A DNA stretch of 64,000 bases from Octopus sinensis (taxonomy: Eukaryota). The stretch lies in the NCBI RefSeq assembly GCF_006345805.1, contig NC_043016.1, positions 16,182,001 to 16,246,000 on the forward strand, in the 5' to 3' direction. Every line of letters begins with the position of its first letter. The stretch's first letter is position 1. The position numbers and the translations under genes are program-made. The notes below the pieces were generated by a model that saw only the letters and a list, made by a program, of their open reading frames with translations, was not told the DNA's origin and ran no database searches. This document shows, piece by piece, positions 51,643-63,273 of this stretch.

Positions 51643-53034
51643 CTATATTTATCTATCTGAATATTTGTGTTTGTCCCTCACCACCGCCGCCTGATAGTGT
51701 TTGTTTCTTTGTTTCCCCATAATCTCCTGATTTGGCCAAAAGATATCGATGGAATAAGTACTAGGCTAGAGAGAAAAAAGACATATGTAGTGGGATCAAT
51801 TTGTTTGACTCAACCCTTGGAGGCAGTGCTCCAGCGTGGTCTTAAAATAAGTGAAAGAATAACAGGTAAATCTTCAATTACGAGAACGGACTTATATAAT
51901 ACGCACCTCTTGGCATGAATCATTCCTACAACACCAGGCCAGGGCAGAGCTGGTTCTGCATTCCTCAAAACAGTGCAACTCTCGAACTGGGCTCCGACTG
52001 ACAGATGCAGACTAAAGTATCGTCAAAGACATTAATAATAAATCATTATTCAACATTATTCAACTTGATTTTAATCGTCCTGCAGTATAAAGTTCTTGCA
52101 GTTGTAGCGGCCAACTGTGGTCAAGAGTAGAAATGCAGATAGACCCATTCGTTAAAATGTAAAATGGCCCTGTAGAGCGAACGGTAAAGGACCACCAAAT
52201 ACTTTCTTTGTAACGACAGCAGATACAAAGAAAAGCACGATATGGCGAAAGCCATACCCGATGTGAAGTGTGAGAAAAATATTTTTGTCAATAACAGAAT
52301 TTTAACAAAAGCACCAAGAACTATGAAGAGGAGTAGGATGCTTCATTGTGATACACGTGGGAGAAAAGAAGAAATGTCTCTAAAAATAAGTTTACAATGC
52401 ACAAAACAATGGACATTGTGGAAATTTCATACACATTTTCTATTTGATAGAAAAAAAAAAGAAAAGTTACAGCGAGTCAGAGTCAGAGAGCAAGATTTGA
52501 AAGCTGTCATTTTGTGCGTGACTGCATGAATGTTGCCATACCTCATGTGGTTTATGCATATAATAAGTGAAAAATGATCACGTGGGCAAGCAGTTTGGTA
52601 ACAGCTTGACTTGTTACTATGGAAACAGGTACCTACATGTCTGTGGCTTTCGATCGGTTAAAATTATCCAAAATTTGGAAACTTTAAAAGCTATTAACTG
52701 CTTATTTATTGATTTGCGGTGAAAATAAATTTCATGTCAATGATTACCTTACAAAACTACATCAAATATGAAATCAATTGGAACAAAAATTGAAGAAATT
52801 GAAAAATGGCTGCCAAACAGAAAAGATTGCGGCGGATTACTTCAAAATACTTACAATTAATGAACGCGCGCGTGTGTATATGTGTGTGTGTTAATGTTGG
52901 ATTTTATGTGAAGTTATTTTGTAAAAGAAACAATTTAATATAAACTGAAGAATTACTCAATACTTTTTTTAGTAGACTACATATTTATGGCACAAGGAAA
53001 AAGTTGACTGCGACTTCGAAGTTTTTCCCCACCG

Positions 53035-54590
53035 AACTCATCTCCAGATATCTTGACCGTGTCGTTGCCCCCCTAGTTGCTTCCCTCCCCTCACATCCAT
53101 GACACCAACCACGCGCTTTGTTTGTTCAACTCTTTCTCCTTCCCTCCTGGCCCCTCTAAATTTCTCTTCTCCCTCGACATCCAGAGCCTTTACACGGTGA
53201 TACCTCACCACGGGGGGCTGCGTGCACCCCAACATTTCCTTGACCCTCGACCCAACCCCCAGCCTGACACATCCACACTCGTTCGTCTGGCCGAACTTGT
53301 CCTCTCACTCAACTGCTTCTCGTTCGCGGGTGATTTCTACCAGTATATCTCGGAAGTGCCCATGGGAACGAGAATGGGCCCCAACTATGCAAACCTGTTC
53401 GTTGGCTACGTTGAGGCCCAAATATTCTCAAGTTACACTGGTCCCACTGCCGAACTATACGGCCGTTATATTGACGACATTATCGGTGCGACCTCACTCT
53501 CCTGCGGACATCTAGACTCCTTCTTCTCTTTTGTCAAATCTTTCCATCCTACCCTCCACTTCTCCTACACTATCTCTGACACCTCTGTTTCCTTTCTTGA
53601 CATTTGGTCAGCATTCATCACTCCACTCTCACCACCTCCATCCTCTACAAACACACATACTCACACTCATACCTCAACTTCTTTTCCTCCCACCCTAAAC
53701 AAACCAAGCTTTCCATCCCCTATTCCCAATTCCTCCGTCTCAGTAGTGACGACCATGACTTTGAGACTCAGTCTCAACTCATTGCTTACCACTTCATCCT
53801 ACGTAGATATCCCCTCACCACTATCCACACCACCTTTACCAGAGCATGTTCTATGGACCGTGCATCTGCTCTCTCCCCCCGAACCTGCCCCGCCGCCTCC
53901 CGTCTTCCATTTCCACTCATCTACCACCCCACCACCCTACCTCTCCAACGTACCATTCTCCAAGCCTTCCGGCGACCCCAGTCCAACCCCCTCCACTTCG
54001 CACATCTTCCCTAACGGATCCCTCCCCTCCTTCAAACGAGCCCACAACCTACAAAACCTTTTGGTCCACAGCTTCTACCCTAACCCAACCTCTCAATGCG
54101 GTTCGTCCCCCTGCTTCCGCCTATGCTTCCGCCTATGCTTCCGCCTATGCTTCCGCCTATGCTTCCGCCTATGCTTCCGCCTATGCTTCCGCCTATGCTT
54201 CCGCACTTGCCCTTACCTCTCCAAAACCATCCTCCTCACCGGCGCCCATCATCGACCCTATCACATCACCGACTCTGTCACCTGCACTTCGACTAATATC
54301 ATCTACTGCATCTCCTGCTCTCTCTGCCCTTCTCTATACATCGGGCAAACGGGACGCCACGTAGCTGACCGGTTCGCGGAACACCTCCGAGACATCCGAC
54401 TCGGCAATGACATCCCGGTCTTGCGCCATTTCTGCTCTACTGGTCACTCTTTGCAACACTTGTCTGTGTTCGGATTGTCCTTGCACAGGGGACATCCGGA
54501 CACCCATTTGCGCCGTGAACAAGGATTAATCTTCTCTCTTCGCTCCTTTGCGCCACATGAGCTCAATTCTCCTCCCCTCGCATCTGTCCT
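53035..54590 (+). pseudogene. PLE RT-GIY-YIG ORF with two compensating frameshifts (about 53605 and 53995)
   Basis: ORF 53077-54930 carries RT and EN motifs, but the thumb motifs (SHSYLNFFSSHP, SIPYSQFLRL) lie in the frame of ORF 53604-54014. Confidence 0.85.
54112..54204 (+). repeat. In-frame 12-bp tandem repeat (TGCTTCCGCCTA)x7 plus 9 nt
   Basis: Perfect copies encoding (CFRL)7CFR. Confidence 0.98.
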
Positions 54591-55531
54591 CCTCAAACCT
54601 ACTTCCTCCCACCCATCTCTCCTCTCTTGCTCCTACTCTTACTCTCCTTCTCTCTTCTCTTCACTCCTACCTACCTTCTCCTCCTCCCTTCATCGTCTCC
54701 CTTCCCTCGTAAGCCCACCCCAACCCTACGCATTCCACCCCACCTTTCCCATCTCACCCCTTACACCCACTCCCACATACCCCATATCTACCCCCACCCT
54801 CCACCTACCCACCTCTACCCCCACCCTCAGCCTAACCCATACCCCACCCTTGTTTTCCCCACGTCCCAACACCCTCACACCGCACCACACAACACATCAC
54901 ATCACACCACTACGCATACATCAGCACTGACCACTTCCCAGACCCATATTTTCACACCTACACATACACACACGCACACGTCAAGATCACCAGCCCTCTT
55001 CCACAAGCACAAACAAACTTATACACACCCACACGCACCTTCGTTTTGGGATCACCACTACTTTATTATCTCCCCTTCTCCCTAGCTCTCTTGTGTGACC
55101 CTTCTGTGCAGCATTCACCATGATAGATCGCTAGCGACTACACATTTTTAAATTTTCTCTCCCTGTTTTTTTTCTGAGTTTCTCGAGTGTGTGTGTGTGC
55201 GTGTGTGTGCGTTTTGTCCTGTTATTACTATTATTGTTTTTTGTATTTATATTCGTGTGGCATCGTCCGTTTTTCTGTCCTTGTTTCGTATACATTCGAT
55301 CCTTTTTCCAAGAAATCTAATGTTCGTGGCTTAGTTTTTCCTTGGGGCTGGCCGGATCGGAGCGATCTCAAGATTAATCAGCCGAAATTGCGAGGATGAT
55401 CCGGTTCTTGACTGAAGATAGAAGGCTTCGAATGTCCCGTCCGTGTTTTTTGTATCGTCTTCTAAATGTTTTACGTTCTTATCCCAGTTTGTATTTTTCT
55501 ACATATAATATATATATATAATATATATATA

Positions 55532-55616
<85 letters not shown>

Positions 55617-56699
55617 AATATATATATATTATGGAGTGCAGAGGGCAAAATGAAGCGAGCAAGATATCTTGGTCGTCCACTGCATCTGCCTCTGTTCCCA
55701 GTCGCCTGATCTGGTCCTCTTACTCGATTGAAGAGGATTAGAATAAAACTAGAGAGAATGAAGCAAGTCTTCTTCTCTTTTAAAAAACTACCACACTAGT
55801 TAGCCTTTATGATGACAAGACGATCCTTGTCACTCCGATGGACAAACAAATGCATATATGAACATGTACAGCTAGTTACATGGTTGCATCAGTGGTATAT
55901 CAACTTGTGTCTCCATCAGCCGAGCCTTGAAAAGATTGATGTTACAAATAAGTGGGATAAAAACATTTAAAACACTTTCCCAAGGTACCGGGCAGTGGGA
56001 CATGACCTGTAGCTATGTTAGTACCCTCACTGACCTTACATTAACATTATTAGTGCCATCACTGCCCCTGCATCTATATAAATAAACGCGAAATTCTGTC
56101 CGCCCGGGACCCCAGTATCTCAGTCTACGTTTGCTTTACATGAACATATTATACCTTTTTGGAATCAAGATGATCCCGGGATTGAAAATCTGCCCTTCAT
56201 TTGGTTCTTGAACATCCAGCACTGGGATCTAACTTAAAATCATTTTGGTTGCTATTTCTAGCAGGTAGAGTGACCGTAAGAGGTACAAGAGTTACTTCCC
56301 TTAGCTTTAAGTTTTACTAAGGAATTTGGTGGTTCTTTTATCTTTTTCAGTCATCACACTGCAGCCACGCTGGGGCAATGCCTTGAAGAAATCGACACCA
56401 GTTCTTTCTTTTTCATGCCTGGTACGTTTTTATTGGTCTCTTTTACCGAATCGCTAAGTTATGTGAATGTAAACATACCAACACCACTTGTCAAGCAGTG
56501 GTGTGGAACAAACACTGACACAAAGGCACAATACATATATACACATAGTGCATATATACATGTACATGTATGCGTGTGTGTGCACGTGTATAGCAATGTG
56601 CACTTCTTTCTTTCTTTCCTCAGCCTCCACTATCACATTAACCAGTACAATAAACACCTCCGTCTATTTTTAGAAACTTGCTCAATATATCTTATTGTT

Positions 56700-57790
56700 C
56701 TTTCATTCCTTTTTGACGTTTACTACTCACTTTAGTAACCACCCCTGTACCATTGTCTGTACCTATCCCTCTATCTTAGTGTCTTTCAAACATATCACCC
56801 CCACCTCCCACTCCTCACACATATTCATTCCTTACATTCCTATCCCTTCCCTACTCCCCTCCCACCCCTCATAATATCTTGACCACCAACTAACATTCCT
56901 TTTTTCTTCCTCTTCCTTTCTTTCTTTCTTCTTTCCTCACCTATTCCTTTAAACCATTCTCCTTATATTAGCCTACATATCTTTTCTCTCCTCTCTATCT
57001 ACTTAATATTACAACTACATTTTCAAAATTTCATTCACACGAACTCTACATCTCCACACTTTCCATTTGTAAGGACAAAATATGAACTCCTATTGGAATT
57101 TACATACCATTGACAAGAAGCATTTCTACCCATTCTACACAGCACATTCCTTGGACAATGGAATTTCAGCTGTAACATCCTATATATATTTTAATTTTTA
57201 CTTCTATTCCCTTATTTCCTGAAGTATGCCGACAGTTAGAAAAAAAAAGCAGTGAACTTAATATTTTATTTGCTTATGATTGAACCAGCTCTGAAAACAA
57301 TATACATACCTTAATTCATACTTATTCAGTAAGATACAAACATACACTATCAATATTCTGCACAAGTCCATATACTCAAACAAAGGAAGAGTCTACATAT
57401 TTAAACAAATGAACCAATACATTCACCTAATTAATATTGAATTCACTCATTTTGACTTTCCATTTAATATTCTAATGACATTTTATTATAATCTAAATGC
57501 ACAAAGTCAGATGAAACGGGTTCAAATTCCACGATGGCTATTTTAGGTAATCAAATGGCTGTATCTGAGAACTATAAAATACGTCAGAAAGACTTTCTAC
57601 AAATTACATAAAAATCACATTTTCCTTCATACTTATTATTTCCATCCTTTTCCAAAATAACTCCTTATATTGAACTTTACTCTTCCCCTCTATTTAACTA
57701 TCTCACATCGTCTCAGATGAAGCGATATCCCTAATATCCCAGAAACAGCTGTAAGACTAACTTTCTCTTTATAAATGTCCTGAAAATTTC
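56700..57790 (+). mobile_element. Degenerate PLE-type 3' region
   Basis: Weak GIY-YIG C-terminal remnant (QTKEESTYLNK) and a terminal HHR; same end as 6160-6480. Confidence 0.45.
57710..57757 (+). ncRNA. Minimal type-I hammerhead ribozyme, core mutated (CAGAUGA)
   Basis: GUCU-CAGAUGA-A-GCGAUAU(cccta)AUAUCCC-A-GAAAC-AGCU-GUA-AGAC: stem II 6/7 bp, palindromic stem III. Confidence 0.65.
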
Positions 57791-57924
57791 ACACAGCCTT
57801 GGCTTTGTTTTTGCATTTTACTTAACATGCACATCCTCATACAAGACTCGCATTAGACTCCTCAGTCGTATCATTATCGAACCGAGAGTCTAACTACTGT
57901 CCTTCCAGAGTACTTACATAGCCT

Positions 57925-58070
57925 TAGGTGCAGGAGTGGCTGTGTGGTAAGAAGCTTGCTTCTCAACCACTTGGTTCCGAGTTCAGTACCACTCTGTGGC
58001 ACCTTGGGCAAATGTCCTCAAGCTGACCAAAGTCTTGTGAGTGGATTTGGTAGATGGAAACTATATATGT
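57925..58070 (+). mobile_element. tRNA-derived SINE head
   Basis: ggtgcaggagtggctgtgtggtaagaagcttgct..gagttcagtacc. Confidence 0.8.
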
Positions 58071-58079
58071 GTATATATA

Positions 58080-60345
58080 GTGTAGGTATCAGTTAGAGGA
58101 GTTTAACACCTCTAAGGGATAATTAAGTCCAAAGTCGCTCTGTAAAGTTGTACGGTAGCAGATGGTTTGGTTGGTAGACTGTACTTTAGGTTATATAGAA
58201 GAAAATGGATGTAATAACAAGGGGAAACTCGTTGTTTTTGCTGGTGTGCCTTTAATTTAATTAGATAACAAAGAAGAAGGTAGCATTTACGATCGTTTCG
58301 ATTTACCAGTTTTAGTAAATCTCTTCAGAATACCAAAATAGATACATCGGTTAGGATGCAAAAGTTATTGATACATATGTGATGGTAATAGAAGCAAAGA
58401 TAGCAAGTCTTACATTAAATTTTGTTCTTGCAGTGGTAATTTCGCTGGGGAGAGGTTTCATTGTAATAGACTGGTTAGTTTCGTTGGGCAATTTGAGCGG
58501 GGTGAATATTATTTTGGTCTGGGGTTCCAAGTTTAACTAAGCACATTTTTTCGCACGTGTGTATTAAATTTGTTTTTAGTCCACAGTGGGTTTAGTCACA
58601 TGCGGTGTAAGTGAAGGGTAGGTGGGTAACTCTAACTTAGGGTGAAAAGGGAGCTAACTCATACCAATTTTTATTAGACTAGGTAGGTTGGTTTAGAATT
58701 GTATTATGGCTAAGAGTTATATTATTACTAGAGTTTAAGAAGTTCTTAGTGCTAGAAGGGGCCCCATGTAAGTGCAAAGTAAATTATGGAATGTGGAGGC
58801 GAGTGGGTTTGCGGAGTCACTATTTGTGTGTAAGTGTTAAAGGTGGTTCCCAGCTAATTAGACTTATATAGATGACTATTGAAGTTTGGGATTATGAAAG
58901 ACATAGGGGCCTACTTGAAGACAAAAGGGGCTATTCTACTGGTATTTTGAAAATACATAAAGGCCCACATAAAGACAAAAAATGTCGTTCTCAAATTTTC
59001 TGTTCAGGAGGGGTTGTTTAGCCATAAGTATAGCTGGCGTTCTGATAGACAAAGATCGCAGCGTCAATTGGCGGCGTTGTAGGAAGTTGTTTTTGCAGGT
59101 ATATCCCAGTTTAAACTATAATCTTTTTTTTTTTTTTATCCTTAAGTTCCCAAAAGTATGTACTTAGTCCCTTTGAGTTGGCCTTACTCCTATTTCTGAA
59201 GCTCGATTGGTGCACGTTGTATCTAAGACTCAATTGGTTCTTGGTGGTGCCTATGATTTCGTTTGGTTATTTGTGTGCAAGTCACATTGGTAAACTGCGT
59301 TATTTTTCTTGCATCTATATGAGAACTGGCACTTTGTTCTATCCCTGCAACCATATAGGTAATTAGGTCTATCTTCCTTCGTGTTGTATTGTGAAGGGCA
59401 ATTATTATTCAGGTCTGCGTCTAAGTTAGCAGGGGGCACCACGTCAGTGGTGGGCTTAGTTCTATTAGTTGGTTGGCTTTTATTTTTATTGTTCACAATC
59501 TTTCTAGTTTCACAGAAGTTGTCTGTTTTTATTATTCATTGAGGCTATTATTGTGGCTAAGTCATTTGTCAGACTGTGGCCTATTCTGATTCTATTCTTA
59601 CATAATTCTGCGTATTTATCATTAACGTTTAGGTGTTTGTCTATGATTTTCATTAATGAGCGAACTGTGTTTGATTTGAGGTGCATAGGGGATTACGAGT
59701 CAAATATTATCACTAATTTTGTTTATCTTTTTGTGTTGTTTTTTTCTAGTATAGAACCCTCCTTGTTTGTGATTCGTGTGAAATTATGGTTGTATGTATC
59801 TTGGTTGTATTCATAGTTAGGTTTCATTTTCGTGTAACTTTCGTCTGTCCATTGGTGTTATGATCGTACGGTCCATGTGGGTTCAAGGGCCTGGTTTTCT
59901 TGCTATTAATAGAGTTCATATTAGTTCGATGGGTGACCTTAGTTTTATTGATACCGATGTATAAGTTTATACTACTATTTTTGTAGCTAGTGTTATTTTG
60001 GGGCTTATTTGCGTACTTTGTGTTATTAGTTTTGTTAATCTGATTTAATATCACTTTGTCGGTATTAGTGTTTTTGTTGTTGTTCGTGGTTCGTGTTTGG
60101 GTCTCGGCGTTGTTCATTTTGATGCTGTTTCTATTGGGGTTACCCGTAATGGTCTTATTGTGGGTGTAGTTTGTGGTGGTACATGGTATGTGGTTGGTGT
60201 TAGTGGTATTAGTGAGTGGGTTCCTGTTATTTGGGCTACTTGTAGGGTGATTAGGGTCAAGGTATTTCATTTCTTGTTTAAATCCAGCTTTCCGTAGTGT
60301 GGAGTTAGAGATTTCTTTATGTGTGTTAAAGATATCTATGCTGGA
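58080..60345 (-). mobile_element. Penelope-like element, 5'-truncated: thumb, N/T-rich linker, GIY-YIG, 3' UTR with HHR
   Basis: LSSSIDIFN..NSTLRKAGFKQ; MKIIDKHL..RIRIGHSLTN; GCRDRTKC..CKKNNAVYQC..(Y)IGTTKNQLSLRYNVHQSSFRN..GLSTYFWELKD..RCDLCLSE. Confidence 0.85.
58282..58334 (-). ncRNA. Canonical minimal type-I hammerhead ribozyme
   Basis: GGUAUU-CUGAAGA-GAUUUAC(uaaaacug)GUAAAUC-GAAAC-GAUC-GUA-AAUGCU: stem I 6 bp (2 G.U), stem II 7 bp with G10.1-C11.1, palindromic ACGAUCGU, GUA site. Confidence 0.85.
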
Positions 60346-60528
60346 AGAGAGGCGCGCACATAGAACACATGCACACACGCACATACACACACACGCACAT
60401 ATACACACGCACATACATACACGTACACACATATACACACGTACATACACACACACACACACACTAGCACATGTTCGCACATATACCTCCAACACACACA
60501 ATACACATACAGACACACACAATTACAC

Positions 60529-61905
60529 ATAGAGTTGCGGCCAAAATGTTCAGAACGGCATTGTCAGAAAAGTAGATATAATTTTTTCTCAAAGTTGTTT
60601 TATATTCTATAATTTTCACAGACAATAAATACGATATTATTTGTTATTGCCTGAGATTTTGGTGTAATTTGAGAGGATAATAAAAAAGTTATGGATGATT
60701 TAGTGATTTAATGCAAAACCCATGGCGGCCAAAATGATCAGAACGGTTGCTATTACTCCGTGTTTTAGTATATTTAACCGGCGAACTCTAATGTTTTGAA
60801 TTTGTTTACGTGACGGTTCGTTTACTAAACATTAGTAAGAATATTTGCAGTATACTTTGTTAATATAATGCCACTTACTCCGTTACCAATTCGTCAGCAG
60901 ATTATTAAGCTTCGAAGGAAGGATAATTTAAGTATTGGATCTATTGCAAAGATTGTTAACAAGCCAAAAAGTGTTGGACACGGTATTCTTAAGGTCTACG
61001 ATGATTGTGGTTCGTGTGAAGCAAGAAAGTTTACAGGTAGGCCAAGAAAAACGACTAAGAGAGAAGATCCTGCTATGGTAAAGTTGGTTAAAAAGGACAG
61101 ATTTAAAACTGCTGCTGCTGTTTCTCGGAAAATGAGCATTGTACTGAAGAAAACTTTATCTCGAAAAACTGTGTCTCGTCGTTTAGTTGAACATGACCTA
61201 CAAGCAAGAGCACCTGCTGTGAAGCCACTGATCAGCTCCAAAAATAAAAAGTGTCGTCTTACCTTTGCAACCGAACATGTGTTGTGGTCTCAAGAAAAAT
61301 GGCAAACGGTGCATTTCAGTGATGAATCTAAGTTTATGTTATTTGGCTCAGATGGGAAAAGGTACGTTCGTCGAAAAGCAGGTGAAAAATTGTTGCCTAA
61401 ATGCCTTAAGACTAGTGTTAAATTCGGTGGAGGAAGTGTCATGGTTTGGGGGATGATATCTGGAGATGTTGTGGGCCCTTTGCTGCGATTACATGGAAAG
61501 GTAAATGCAGGAGTTTATAAACAACTTGTAAAAGATCATGTCTTGCCTGTGCTGAGAAATTCAACTAAGCGACCACCCATATTCATGCAGGACAATGCCC
61601 AATGTCACAAGGCTAAGGTGGTCATGAACTTCCTCAAGGCTGAAAAGGTTATTGTTATGGATTGGCCTGCTCAAAGCCCAGACCTCAATCCTATTGAAAA
61701 TGTGTGGAATATTCTAGGAGAACGTTCGAAAGCCAGAAATCCTAAAACAACCGAGCAAGTATGGAATGCCCTTCAGGAAGAACGGAATAAGATCACCTAA
61801 CAAGAAATTGAAAATTTAATTTCCCCATGCAGTCAAAGATGTCAGAGTGTGATTGAAGCTAAAGGGCTTCACACTAAATATTAAATAATTTCAGTATTCT
61901 CGGTC
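60529..61905 (+). mobile_element. Tc1-family DNA transposon, right TIR missing
   Basis: Left end gagttgcggccaaaatgttcagaacgg with an inner direct repeat at about 60724; sequence turns CA-rich about 20 bp after the natural stop. Confidence 0.9.
60868..61800 (+). CDS. Tc1 DD34E transposase, one premature stop near the C-terminus
   Basis: GRPRKTT, FSDESKF, VKFGGGSVMVWG, FMQDNA-34 aa-E (WPAQSPDLNPIEN); homology continues past the TAA as QEIENLISPCSQRCQSVIEAKGLHTKY*. Confidence 0.93.
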   Translation: MPLTPLPIRQQIIKLRRKDNLSIGSIAKIVNKPKSVGHGILKVYDDCGSCEARKFTGRPRKTTKREDPAMVKLVKKDRFKTAAAVSRKMSIVLKKTLSRKTVSRRLVEHDLQARAPAVKPLISSKNKKCRLTFATEHVLWSQEKWQTVHFSDESKFMLFGSDGKRYVRRKAGEKLLPKCLKTSVKFGGGSVMVWGMISGDVVGPLLRLHGKVNAGVYKQLVKDHVLPVLRNSTKRPPIFMQDNAQCHKAKVVMNFLKAEKVIVMDWPAQSPDLNPIENVWNILGERSKARNPKTTEQVWNALQEERNKIT

Positions 61906-62820
61906 ACACACAACTACACGCACATACACATGTGCACGCGCACACACGCACATGCATACACACGCAAAAAACGCACCTATACCCCCTACACAACCCCTCG
62001 TTCACACACACATGCACATGCACACACACAAAATACACACACATGTACACACGGTCATACACTCACACACATGTATATATACACGCGCACACATACACAT
62101 GCACACGCAAATGAACCCACACATACTTCCCATACACACACAGCACACACTCATACATACACGCCCACAATTATACATACATGTACACACACACGCACAC
62201 ATACACATCCCCACGCATACACACATATACACATAAACACACACATACATACACACACACTGCAAACAAAACACATACACGCACACGCACATACTTCAAA
62301 CTACCAGTAACTTCCGCTGACCATTCTCCTACGCACATGTGTAGGTAGACACACAACAAGCAGCCACTCCTACCAAAATTCATACTATAAATTCTTCCTA
62401 TGACCTTAAACGATACTAAGCCCAACCACACACATAGATAAATAACTACAACCACACACACACGTGCTATCATTACACACACACACACACACAGACCTGC
62501 GTGCATGCATATACCCATACATACATACATATACCTCCTTCTCTTGCACTCTCCTGTCTTTGAAAGAACTTTTTCTTCACCCATTCCCTTCCGGTCATTT
62601 CAATATGTGACCGCGTGTGTGTCGTGGGCGATTTTCTTTCTCTGTATTCCGTTCCTTGGACCTTCCCTTTTTCTCTGTTTCTGACGAAGATCTCCACTCG
62701 AAACGTTAAATCGTTAAATCCACCTTCTTTATTTCCTTTCCTGAGCGTCCAGTAACACAATACTTGTTTGACATCCTCGTGCTGTTCTGTTTTCTCTTTG
62801 TTCATGTTTGGATTAACTAT
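61906..62820 (+). mobile_element. CA-rich PLE-type 3' UTR/terminus carrying an HHR
   Basis: CA-rich tract, then a pyrimidine-rich segment with the HHR at 62677-62711; no ORF attached. Confidence 0.5.
62677..62711 (+). ncRNA. Minimal type-I hammerhead ribozyme, weak stem II
   Basis: GUUU-CUGACGA-A-GAU(ctcca)CUC-GAAAC-GU-U-AAAU: core intact, stem II 2/3 bp, ACGU stem III. Confidence 0.6.
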
Positions 62821-62930
62821 ATATATATATATTTCAGAATGAAGCATTAGTCATGTACAGAGCAGTAATAAAAAAAAAATTAGATAACAAAGGAATAAAT
62901 GCTTATTGTATAAACTTCATTGATTTACAG

Positions 62931-63045
62931 CTGTTGAGTTATATTGATCAGCAGAGGTCCAGCCATAGTGACTCTGAATACCTGGTGTTAGAACTCAATA
63001 TACATATGCTGCAGAGCAAATGCATCAGTCAAGCGCTGAGCAGTA
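62931..63045 (+). CDS. Candidate 115-nt host exon (LLSYIDQQRSSHSDSEYLVLELNIHMLQSKCISQALSS), unidentified
   Basis: Acceptor cttcattgatttacAG, donor GTA|GTAAGA, open frame, non-repetitive composition. Confidence 0.4.
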
Positions 63046-63057
63046 GTAAGAAATGAA

Positions 63058-63273
63058 CCTTTTAGCATTCAAATAAGCCAAATCTGGCCCAAATATCCTG
63101 TTCTATGCTCAAACTGGCCAGATTTGGCTTCGTATATCTGCTCTACAATATCACACCAAAAATATGCAATCACATCATCAAAATGTCAAAGCTTTGAGAT
63201 AATGCATGATTAATTCAAAACAATGTGAATCAATAAAAATTACATTTGGCAGAATAATCTGAATGCTAAAGGG
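63058..63273. mobile_element. piggyBac-type MITE
   Basis: TIRs cc(t)tttagcattca and tgaatgctaaaggg; TTAA on the right (TGAA on the left); internal 15-bp inverted repeat aagccaaatctggcc/ggccagatttggctt. Confidence 0.7.

Larger units (their letters stand above)
53030..55490 (+). mobile_element. Penelope-like element, Neptune-type, 5'-truncated, with long pyrimidine/CA-rich 3' UTR
   Basis: RT: DIQSLYTVIPH, PMGTRMGPNYANLFVG, YGRYIDDI. Thumb in a second frame (53604-54014). Cys-rich linker C..RTCPY. GIY-YIG: NIIYCISCSLCPSLYIGQTGR..RFAEH. Confidence 0.92.

Noticed and set aside
51900-52860. Possible DNA transposon C-terminus/subterminal region
   Set aside because: I could not establish motifs or TIRs by eye.
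54112-54204. CRISPR-like array
   Set aside because: No spacers; a simple tandem 12-mer in a eukaryotic retroelement.
53077-54930. 617-aa ORF as an intact protein
   Set aside because: The middle part is out of frame relative to the thumb motifs, and the C-terminal about 110 aa is low-complexity UTR read-through.
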